Source: an uncultured Pseudomonadales bacterium
GTDB lineage: Bacteria > Pseudomonadota > Gammaproteobacteria > Pseudomonadales > UBA7434
Length of the DNA stretch: 64,000 bases
Reading direction: 5' to 3'
NCBI GenBank assembly: GCA_964504585.1
Contig: CAZDEW010000005.1
Location: 5,082 to 69,081, forward strand
Below are positions 20,701-27,954 of the stretch, one piece after another. The notes under the pieces were generated by a model. The model did no database searches and was not told where the DNA came from. It saw only the letters and a program-made list of their open reading frames with translations. The translations under genes were made by a program, and so were the position numbers. Every line of letters starts with the position of its first letter. Position 1 is the first letter of the stretch.

Positions 20701-21067
20701 TAACAACTTGAATGCCGTCAACATTGCCTGCGGGACACCGGGTAGCGGATCGCCGGTTGCCGGTCCGCCCCTGGCTCTTGGTTTGAATGCCTCAGATGGA
20801 AATCCTGTCGACTCGACTTTTATACCTTCACCCGCGACCTTTACTTTTTTCCCGGGAAACCGGGCCGCGTTCATTTTTGATGACCGTACCAACGCCACTT
20901 ACTTGAGTGATATGTCGTTTCGCGAGGATAGCGGCCCTGGTGCGGGCGGCCCTACCGACACCGAGGACGATGCTGATTTGGCAACGAGACAGACGGTGAT
21001 CACGGTTTTCGGATCCGCGCTGAACTGCGACCCAGAGAACTTTCCGGCTGCGTGCAGAAATCTATAG
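17729..21067 (+). CDS. Large (1112 aa) Asp-rich predicted lipoprotein of unknown function
   Basis: TTG start preceded by AGGAG 7 nt upstream. The signal peptide ends in the lipobox GLVAC followed by SSDSS. The long ORF has uniform coding character and recurring DASGN motifs. I recognise no family. Confidence 0.75.
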   Translation: MIQHALAAAIRRANRSLAALPVAKSTLAVAVAAGGLVACSSDSSNSSSFTFVPNPVVIGAPTAAGFGTFSDSYQINGLVNAGSADELVSQIAITASVAQVDASGNLLLDASGNTDNLSAIVGAPQVVADPPLGDQTGGFYWQADISVLSTGTNLMEYTATYPDNPDALSADLGGVIRGNSWMRELAIQYDPADPGGNSYLLLDQLDTGAGTGILRVDATDGTKERIDLDQTGLSDGDLDRPVDFLLDDTTAYILDGDTPRLIQVADITAGTPVLSDVTDCGEVTDELALVDPVAFAYNPAAVGSEPRFFVADRGSKEIILIDADDNCTVLPTLRATEFDDPLSDDVEDTLLVSDAKAILPYDIAYHAATETLFVTGGWLLSTSIAVEETLVDASGNPILDASGNEQTVEVARETSQPSNNFGVPSILYKIELGEELDASGNPTNLDRLHRQQVNYVSETGPSEEGGSDDTVFRVNQPGSLLIDGDRLFIVDRFAGINQNSEALAGVLVADVSDGRPRPTDMDATPMQQPEDYVFTPVSGFYTGQNIGSLDLGNPSNRDFKQLLGVESFAIRSDQNQLVTYSSALGSYLTIELAPPAVGSGCIGFVGTGADPDNANRIQCDFDGTRNLVPGGASVARIIDDDGTDEIEFTRTGRANFDPRILTSLVNDGADTLAFDRLTGEFSLNLGVLGTLFASEDNGLPSDDNSGLLFSDARALVSDGVSIYAVASFYDAEESCVPSASAACIPEQSSQLIEFSIGDRTRSIVEPDAVGSAIEFMEPVASEVVLPRVWTPDIGDLVGDDLDNRLAEISFGIDLYTADSSFAGSGTIIKTELDQFELDLAADPAEVVDNETRGTRTLLASNCPAPNLGAVTAMARVRFSSSDINDDGNLTTQGTGDFDESDGNVFETLSALLLATDNNELLAVDLLLGDCVQIASFPSPVNSLQITEQQTERDDTDGSDQGGVLRRAFRVVAMSPDDHTLFELQCEENDPRNNLNAVNIACGTPGSGSPVAGPPLALGLNASDGNPVDSTFIPSPATFTFFPGNRAAFIFDDRTNATYLSDMSFREDSGPGAGGPTDTEDDADLATRQTVITVFGSALNCDPENFPAACRNL

Positions 21068-21158
21068 ACGGGTTCCGGTTTAATTTTGCGCCGCAGCTGC
21101 TTTTGCTTCGATGCGTCAGGGTGAGCTCGGTTAATTGGCTCGCATAGCGTTGTTCCCG

Positions 21159-21494
21159 CTATTTTTTCAAGGTCACGAACAGCGCTTGCCCTTGCTGTTC
21201 GATGGCGATCGTTGTGAGCTGCTGTCCTGCACAGGGGCCTGAGATGCAATGACCTTCTTCAATGGTAAACAGTGCGCCATGTAGGTTGCACTGGATGAGA
21301 TCGCCGCCCGGGTTGAGAAATTCATTCTCGCTCCACTCCAGCTCTACGCCAAGGTGGGGGCAGGCGTTTTCATAAGCAAAAAACTCTGAGTTCTGCCGCA
21401 CCACGAACAGGGAAGTCTCTCCAACTTTAAAGCTTCGCGATTTACCCTCATCGATGTCATCGACATCACAAATTTTATGTTTTAATGTTTTCAT
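21159..21494 (-). CDS. Rieske [2Fe-2S] domain protein
   Basis: 111-aa ORF with CPHLG...(17 aa)...CNLHGALF, which matches the Rieske CxH / CxxH ligand pattern. Confidence 0.85.
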   Translation of the reverse strand: MKTLKHKICDVDDIDEGKSRSFKVGETSLFVVRQNSEFFAYENACPHLGVELEWSENEFLNPGGDLIQCNLHGALFTIEEGHCISGPCAGQQLTTIAIEQQGQALFVTLKK

Positions 21495-21632
21495 TTCCGA
21501 TAGTTTAACGTCTGTTGATCGCTATGGCATCGCTGTGCCAGATCTCTTTCTGGTGCTTTTCTGGGATCCGGAGCAAGCTAGATAGCGATGGTTCGATGTC
21601 AGCAGGTTTAGGGTGGCAATGGTTTTTGAAGT

Positions 21633-22328
21633 GTGTGGAGTTGCGTGAAAGACGGCGTCTTATTCGGTGTTGATGAAGAGCATCTGGTTGACTACCAGGG
21701 TGTGCGCATGCATCGAGATGTTGTCCCCCATTGGGAGCAGATACAGCGTGATGCCGCCGGTGCCGGCTTTGAGCTAAAAATCGCTAGTTGCTACCGGGGG
21801 TTTGAGCATCAGCTTCGCATCTGGAACGAGAAAGTGAGTGGGAAGCGCAAAGTTCTTGATGCCAACGAGGTAGAGCTTGACGTGACGAGCATGGAAGCGG
21901 AGGAATGTCTGTGGTCGATTCTACGCTGGACCGCTTTGCCCGGTAGCTCGCGCCATCATTGGGGTACGGATGTTGATGTCTACGAGAGTTCGACGCTCCC
22001 TCTGGGGTATCGATTACAGCTCACACAAGCTGAGGCTGCAAGCGATGGTGTCCTCGGGACGTTCCACGATTGGTTGAGCGACTATATCGAACAGCAGAAT
22101 GTCTTTTATAGGCCTTACGATGGCAGTGGCTGTGTTGCATACGAACCCTGGCATCTCAGCTGTCGACCGATCAGCGATTCATTTCAGCAGGCGCTGAGTA
22201 AGGAGCGGCTTGTTCAATTTATAGAGGGGCAGCACGAGTTGTTGCTAAAAGATCAAGTGTTGGCAAGTATCGATGAGATCTACGCCGGTCTTGTTTTGCG
22301 CGCTGACGAGCAGGTGGCACACAGCTGA
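21633..22328 (+). CDS. M15-family (VanY / D-Ala-D-Ala carboxypeptidase-like) zinc peptidase
   Basis: The LAS-metallopeptidase ligand pattern is present: SRHHWGTDVDV (H-x6-D) and a downstream EPWHLS. SCYRGFEHQLRIWNEK is typical of this family. GTG start. Confidence 0.78.
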   Translation: MWSCVKDGVLFGVDEEHLVDYQGVRMHRDVVPHWEQIQRDAAGAGFELKIASCYRGFEHQLRIWNEKVSGKRKVLDANEVELDVTSMEAEECLWSILRWTALPGSSRHHWGTDVDVYESSTLPLGYRLQLTQAEAASDGVLGTFHDWLSDYIEQQNVFYRPYDGSGCVAYEPWHLSCRPISDSFQQALSKERLVQFIEGQHELLLKDQVLASIDEIYAGLVLRADEQVAHS

Positions 22329-23116
22329 TGCAGGATGTCTGGAGCGAGATCAAACGTAATGCGGTAGCAATGTCGCAGCGAGAACCGGTGCTGGAAAAAT
22401 TTTGCCAGGATGCCGTATTGATTCACGAGCATCTATACCAGGCGTTGGTGTTTCAACTCGCCTCTCATCTTTCCACTCCTTTTGTCGGATTCGAAAATTT
22501 GCGAGAGTTGATGGCTGGTATTTATGCGCGAAATCCAAGGCTCGAGGAGGACGCGATCTTGGATCTTCTCGCCTACTTTGAGCGTGATCCAGCCTGCGAT
22601 ACCCACCTCCGGCCGCTCATACATTTCAAGGGTTTTTGGGCGATCCAGTGCCACAGGGTAGCGGCCCACTTATGGCAGAGTAAAAGGAAGTCGCTTGCGT
22701 ATTTCCTGCAATCCCGCTCGAGTGCGGTTTTCGATGTCGATATTCATCCGGCAGCGCGCCTGGGCGGTGGCATTATGTTTGATCACGCAACCGGCATTGT
22801 CATTGGTGAGTCGGCAGAGGTGGGCGATAATGTGTCGATGTTACACGGCGTGTCGCTGGGTGGTTCAGGTGTTGCTCAGGGTAAACGCCACCCATCTATC
22901 GAAGATGGTGCGCTAATCAGTGTTGGCGCCAAACTTTTGGGTAACATTCAGATCGGTAAGGGCGTCAAGATAGGCGGCGGCAGTGTGGTGCTGGGATCTG
23001 TACCGGATTACAGCACCGTTGTTGGTGTTCCCGCGAAGGTTATTGGGCGATCAGACTTTGCGATGCCGGCGTTCTCAATGGATCAGTATATTCCTGCACC
23101 TAACGGCGACGCATAG
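22328..23116 (+). CDS. cysE: Serine O-acetyltransferase
   Basis: 262-aa ORF with an N-terminal SATase helical domain (EPVLEKFCQDAVL...) and C-terminal hexapeptide repeats, DIHPAARLGGGIMFDHATGIVIGE...GVSLGG. The start overlaps the upstream stop (TGATG). Confidence 0.93.
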   Translation: MQDVWSEIKRNAVAMSQREPVLEKFCQDAVLIHEHLYQALVFQLASHLSTPFVGFENLRELMAGIYARNPRLEEDAILDLLAYFERDPACDTHLRPLIHFKGFWAIQCHRVAAHLWQSKRKSLAYFLQSRSSAVFDVDIHPAARLGGGIMFDHATGIVIGESAEVGDNVSMLHGVSLGGSGVAQGKRHPSIEDGALISVGAKLLGNIQIGKGVKIGGGSVVLGSVPDYSTVVGVPAKVIGRSDFAMPAFSMDQYIPAPNGDA

Positions 23117-23501
23117 CCAGCGCGTCTGTTCCGAAAATCCCTCCTTGTAAAATCTTCCATACGTTTGCGCTGACAGTGAAAGCTGATCGCCACAGTGTCG
23201 CTGCCAAATTTAATCGATGGCTGCAGTTAAGATAAACTGTTAGCGTCATGCGCCTGAATCTAACCGTTTTTCTATTTGGTGAATAATAGCGTTTGCTCGA
23301 AAAAAAGACCAAAAAACAATCAGGTTTTCTTGCGGTTCTCGACAAATACGCTATATACATTGTTGGGTACAGTGAAAGAGCTGCCCGGTGTAAATGGCTG
23401 ACCCCCAACAGGGTTTCTCGTCAGATGGGGCTAGCGTTGATCTATGTGTTGATGCTGCCACATAGTCAGTTTGAAATTGCTAATTCGGCTTGGAGATTAG
23501 T

Positions 23502-24173
23502 GTGAGCGTTAAATTACTAGATAATGAAGCTTTCTTTGGTTTTAGGGTGCGCCGTACCGTCGACGGCAAATTGTTCCAGGAGTATTTTAGCCTCAAGAAG
23601 AACGGCAAACGCCTAACGGGCGATGCAAGAAAGCGTGTGGAGTCTGCCGCATTGCGCCGTGATAAGGCTTTGGCCAAAGCCCAGGTGGAGGCCAAGCAGG
23701 CAAATAAGGCTGAACGTTGTTTTAATCCGAACGGGTCGGTCAGGGGTATCAGCTATCTGGTCAAGACAGAAAAAAGCGGCACTAAAACGCCAATCTTTCA
23801 GGTTGGTATCGCCTCTGAGTCCGATGGGAAGATTATTTGCACGAGCTACTCTATTAACGCTCATGGAAAAGAGGCGGCCTGGGCAATGGCTGTGGCGACC
23901 TTTGCCCAGCACAAAGATATCAAGAAGGGCACCAAACTATACAAGCAGTTGTTAGCGGCGATGCCCAAGCGAGTCTCCTCGAATAAGAGGAAGACTGTTA
24001 AAAAAGCTGGCAAGAAATCTGCAGCCAAAAAATCAGCTAAAAAGAAAGCTGTGAAAAAGAAATCGGTGAAGAAGAAAGCCGCGAAGAAAAAAACAGCGGC
24101 TAAAAAGAAAGTTGCTAAAAAGAAAACGGCGGCAAAGCGTAAAGCAACCAGGAAAAAAGCCGCGAAAAAGTAG
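23502..24173 (+). CDS. DNA-binding protein with a histone-H1-like Lys/Ala-rich C-terminal tail
   Basis: The ORF track opens at a TTG at 23490. The GTG at 23502 has GGAG 6 nt upstream and is preferred. The C-terminal ~70 aa are K/A repeats (KKAGKKSAAKKSAKKKAVKKKSVKKKAAKKK...). The N-terminal half has two beta-sheet motifs resembling AP2-type DNA-binding repeats (FGFRVRRTVDGKLFQEYFS; GISYLVKTEKSG..FQVGIASESDGKIICTSYSINAHGKEAAW). Confidence 0.75.
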   Translation: MSVKLLDNEAFFGFRVRRTVDGKLFQEYFSLKKNGKRLTGDARKRVESAALRRDKALAKAQVEAKQANKAERCFNPNGSVRGISYLVKTEKSGTKTPIFQVGIASESDGKIICTSYSINAHGKEAAWAMAVATFAQHKDIKKGTKLYKQLLAAMPKRVSSNKRKTVKKAGKKSAAKKSAKKKAVKKKSVKKKAAKKKTAAKKKVAKKKTAAKRKATRKKAAKK

Positions 24174-24191
24174 TTTTATAACAGCCCGGTA

Positions 24192-24229
24192 ATCGTGCAC
24201 CATCGCCGCGCGCTCGATGGGTGCACGAT
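24192..24229. terminator. Long hairpin between convergent genes (possible bidirectional terminator)
   Basis: ATCGTGCACC pairs perfectly with GGTGCACGAT. The stem extends inward (CATCG/CGATG) with one bulge. The hairpin lies between the stop of the H1-like gene (24173) and the stop of ppa (24248). The U-tracts are weak. Confidence 0.45.
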
Positions 24230-24247
24230 CATCGCTTTGTCGTTGCT

Positions 24248-24772
24248 TTACTTGGCGGCGGCGACGGATTTTTCGATTTCAGCCTTGGCCTCTGCTGCGC
24301 CTGCCCATCCCTGTACTTTCACCCACTTGCCTTTTTCAAGATCTTTGTAGTTTTCAAAGAAGTGTTCGACCTGTTGCAGTAGTAGGGCTGGAAGATCAGT
24401 TGCTTCCTTAACTTCACTGTAAAGCGTTGATAATTTTTCTACGGGAACTGCCATCAATTTCGCGTCGAGACCTGACTCATCTTCCATCTTGAGTACGCCA
24501 ACGGGTCGGCAGCGAATGACGGAGCCATTGATGAGTGGATAGGGCGTTACCACCAGTACATCTAGTGGGTCGCCGTCCTCTGATAGCGTGTTTGGAATAT
24601 AGCCGTAGTTACAGGGGTAGAACATAGGGGTCGCCATGAAGCGGTCCACCATCAAAGCCCCGGTATCTTTGTCGACTTCATATTTAACAGGGTCACTGTT
24701 GGCGGGTATTTCAATGATGACGTTGATTTCTTCGGGGATGTTTTTACCGGGCGCTATGTCGTTGATGCTCAT
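24248..24772 (-). CDS. ppa: Inorganic pyrophosphatase (family I)
   Basis: The conserved start [23 protein letters not shown] is at 24772; the ORF track extends it upstream to 24865. Motifs [13 protein letters not shown] and DGDPLDVLV are present. The 174-aa length matches family I PPases. Confidence 0.95.
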   Translation of the reverse strand: MSINDIAPGKNIPEEINVIIEIPANSDPVKYEVDKDTGALMVDRFMATPMFYPCNYGYIPNTLSEDGDPLDVLVVTPYPLINGSVIRCRPVGVLKMEDESGLDAKLMAVPVEKLSTLYSEVKEATDLPALLLQQVEHFFENYKDLEKGKWVKVQGWAGAAEAKAEIEKSVAAAK

Positions 24773-24933
24773 TGCTGGTCCTGTTCGTGACTGGTGGGTG
24801 GTTCGGGCGCAGTCGCGCCTGTTTTTGGCGGGCGCGATGATACAGAAGCGGTCAGTCCGCCGCAATTGGGGAGAAGGTTAATTTTTAGCCGACTGGCCGC
24901 TTGGTTGAAGGCTTGGGCCCCTGTCCGCGGAGG

Positions 24934-26196
24934 CTAGCGTATTTTGTAGCCTTTTAGTTTCTTTGCGACCATAACGGACTTCAGCTGCGCAAATTTCGGT
25001 GTCCCGTTGGCATACGGGGGGTAATCCTCGCCCTGAATCAGCGGCTGGAGGTAGTCGATCCCTTCTTGCGTGACGCCAAAGCCATCGCGAGTGATGTAGG
25101 ATCGCGGCATCTTCTTTTCTATATTGGCTACGTCGGCCAGCGCTACCTTGTCGATTTTCCAGCCATAGCGCTTGCTCTTTTTGCGCTGAATAATAGGCAT
25201 GATGGCATTTTCGCCGGCGAGGGCGTAGTCAACAGCCGCCTTGCCAACCGCGTAAGCTTGCTTGACGTCGGTGGCAGACGCAATGTGGCGAGCGGCTCGT
25301 TGTAAGTAATCAGCTACCGCATAGTGATACTTGTATCCCAAATGTCTGGCCACCAGTTCAGCCAGTACCGGCGCGACCCCGCCAAGCTGCGTATGACCAA
25401 AAGCGTCTTCGCTGGCGCGGGCCGATAAAAATTTGCCATCCGAGGTTTGTGCACCCTCGGAGGCAACCACAACGCAGTAGCCGTAGCGCCTAACGCATTG
25501 CTTTACTTTCCGCAAAAACTTTTCCTGATTAAATGCTATCTCGGGAAACAGGATGATATGTGGTGCGGCCTCGGGTTCACTGTTGGCCAGCGCGCCTGAG
25601 GCGGCGATCCATCCCGCATTGCGACCCATGACCTCGAGAATAAAAACCTTGGTCGAGGACTCGCACATCGACTTGATATCGAGCCCGGTTTCTTTGGTCG
25701 ACACAGCGACGTACTTGGCCACGGAGCCAAAGCCGGGTGAGTTGTCAGTGAACGGCAAGTCGTTGTCGACGGTTTTCGGGATGCCGATACACTGGATGGG
25801 ATAATCCTGCTGCTTGCTGAATTCCGCAACCTTGTGGCTGGTGTCCTGCGAATCACCGCCGCCGTTGTAAAGGAAATAGCCGATGTTGTGAGCTTTGAAT
25901 ACTTCAATCAAGCGCTCGTAGTCACGACGGTTTTCTTCAATACTCTTCAACTTGTAGCGACAGGATCCAAACGCCCCGCTCGGTGTGTGTCTGAGTGCTT
26001 GAATTGCACTGCTGGTCTCTTTGCTCGTGTCAATTAATTCCTCTTTAAGTGCTCCAAGAATGCCATTTTTGCCAGCGTATACCTTGCCAATCTTGCCTTT
26101 GTTTGCCCTTGCAGTTTCAATAACGCCACAGGCAGAGGCGTTGATGACGGCAGTTACCCCGCCCGACTGTGCGTAAAAGATATTTTTCGGTTTCAT
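24934..26196 (-). CDS. 6-phosphofructokinase family enzyme, probably pyrophosphate-dependent (Pfp type)
   Basis: The conserved start MKPKNIFYAQSGGVTAVINAS is at 26196. PFK motifs are present: GGGDS, GIPKTVDNDL and ILEVMGRNAGWIAA. Lys in PKT occupies the position of E. coli PfkA Gly124, and Asp in GGGDS occupies that of Gly104. These two substitutions are the classical PPi-PFK markers. Confidence 0.85.
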   Translation of the reverse strand: MKPKNIFYAQSGGVTAVINASACGVIETARANKGKIGKVYAGKNGILGALKEELIDTSKETSSAIQALRHTPSGAFGSCRYKLKSIEENRRDYERLIEVFKAHNIGYFLYNGGGDSQDTSHKVAEFSKQQDYPIQCIGIPKTVDNDLPFTDNSPGFGSVAKYVAVSTKETGLDIKSMCESSTKVFILEVMGRNAGWIAASGALANSEPEAAPHIILFPEIAFNQEKFLRKVKQCVRRYGYCVVVASEGAQTSDGKFLSARASEDAFGHTQLGGVAPVLAELVARHLGYKYHYAVADYLQRAARHIASATDVKQAYAVGKAAVDYALAGENAIMPIIQRKKSKRYGWKIDKVALADVANIEKKMPRSYITRDGFGVTQEGIDYLQPLIQGEDYPPYANGTPKFAQLKSVMVAKKLKGYKIR

Positions 26197-26543
26197 GATG
26201 ATCTCTGGTTGCTGCTGGCTAGCCCGCTGACAACGCTGCGATTGTTTCCGCAGTGCCACTCAGAAATTCGCGGGCGATGGACCAGACGCTGGTTACTGAC
26301 TTAGGGTAGCCCGATGAGGCGTTTGCCTCTTGCGGTTGATTGCATGGCTTGCGCTGCCGGTTGCAGCGCCAAATTCGAACCACTCATAGAGCGTTGACAT
26401 CGACGAGTGAGGCGATAAGGTGTCATATCTGAGGTTTTTGCCGTTTTCCGGAATTGCAATAGTTTTTCGACGAGAAGGTATCTAATTGTAGTCGAAATGG
26501 CTGGCTAATACCGGTGGCCTGGCGACCTTCCACAGGGAATATT

Positions 26544-27929
26544 ATGCAGAAAAATAGCTCGATCTACTTTCTCGGTATCGGCGGCACATTCGTCGGTAGC
26601 GTCGCGGTGCTGGCGCGTGAGCTGGGTTATCGCGTCGGTGGCGTCGATCAGGCTATCTATCCCCCCATGTCCAATCAACTGGCTGATCTGGGAATCGAGT
26701 TTGATGAGGGCTATGCCAATCACAGTCTCGGGGCTCGAGAGTATCAGCAGGTAATTGTCGGTAACGCGATCTCCCGCGGTAATCCGGCTTTAGAATATTT
26801 ACTCGACGAGGGTTTGCCCTTTTGTTCGGCGCCCGAGTGGATGGCAAAGCACTTACTGGGACAAAGGCATGTGCTCGCCGTATCGGGTACACATGGTAAA
26901 ACGACGACGAGCAGTATGTTGGCCTGGATTCTGGAGTGCGCAGGTCTAAGTCCGGGTTTTCTAATAGGCGGCGTGCCCGAGAACTTCCCGACGTCCGCTC
27001 GATTGGGAACTGGAAAGTACTTCGTGATAGAGGCGGACGAATACGACTCGGCATTTTGTGACAAGCGATCGAAGTTCGTGCATTACCGCCCGCGCACGCT
27101 GGTTATCAATAACCTCGAATTTGATCACGCCGATATCTTCAGCGACCTGGCGTCGATTCAGACTCAGTTTCATCACCTGATTCGCACTTTGCCCCAGTCT
27201 GCCGATATTTTTCTCCATCGCTCGTCTGCGCTGGATGAGGTTATTGACCAGGGCTGCTGGTCGCAACTGCATTATCTCAGCGGTGAGGGAAGCTGCTGGC
27301 ATGTGCAAACAGAGCACGCTGGTCTGCAATCGTTTTCGATTCACAAGCAGGAACCTGCGGGTGTTGGACAGGCTGAGCAGGGGTCGATTGAGTGGTCTCT
27401 GGCCGGCCGGCACAACGTCGATAATGCCGTTGCTGCCGTTGCGGCCGCCCGCAGCGTCGGCGTCCCGGTAGCTGAAGCCTGTCGCTATCTTTCAGGCTTT
27501 AAAAGTGTCAAGCGGCGCATGCAGCACATTGCCACGGTCAATCAAGTCGACGTTTTTGATGACTTTGCCCATCACCCGACCGCGATCCAGCTGACATTGG
27601 AGGGGGCGAAGCTGCGTTATCCCGACCGCCGCATTGTAGCTGTTATCGAAGCGGCCTCTAATACGATGCGTAGCGGTGTACATCATGAGCAGCTACCACA
27701 GGCCGTCGCAGCGGCAGACTCGGTCTGGTGGTATCAGGGCAAGGCGAGCAATCCCGACCTGCCGCTGCCCGAATTCGATACAGAGCGAGTCGTTATAATG
27801 TCGAGCATCGATAGTCTGATCGAATCGATCACCGGCAGCTGCAAGGCCGGTGATCTCATTATTATCATGAGTAATGGTGGGTTTGGCGGTATTCACGGTC
27901 GATTGGTTAGTAGTCTGGAGGCAGCCTGA
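26544..27929 (+). CDS. mpl: UDP-N-acetylmuramate:L-alanyl-gamma-D-glutamyl-meso-diaminopimelate ligase
   Basis: The start MQKNSSIYFLGIGGTFVGSVAVLARELGYRVGGVD is at 26544. Mur-ligase P-loop AVSGTHGKTTTSSMLAWIL is present, together with EADEYDSAF and NNLEFDHADIF. Confidence 0.9.
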   Translation: MQKNSSIYFLGIGGTFVGSVAVLARELGYRVGGVDQAIYPPMSNQLADLGIEFDEGYANHSLGAREYQQVIVGNAISRGNPALEYLLDEGLPFCSAPEWMAKHLLGQRHVLAVSGTHGKTTTSSMLAWILECAGLSPGFLIGGVPENFPTSARLGTGKYFVIEADEYDSAFCDKRSKFVHYRPRTLVINNLEFDHADIFSDLASIQTQFHHLIRTLPQSADIFLHRSSALDEVIDQGCWSQLHYLSGEGSCWHVQTEHAGLQSFSIHKQEPAGVGQAEQGSIEWSLAGRHNVDNAVAAVAAARSVGVPVAEACRYLSGFKSVKRRMQHIATVNQVDVFDDFAHHPTAIQLTLEGAKLRYPDRRIVAVIEAASNTMRSGVHHEQLPQAVAAADSVWWYQGKASNPDLPLPEFDTERVVIMSSIDSLIESITGSCKAGDLIIIMSNGGFGGIHGRLVSSLEAA

Positions 27930-27954
27930 GTCTGTCTCACACTAGGGAAATTTC

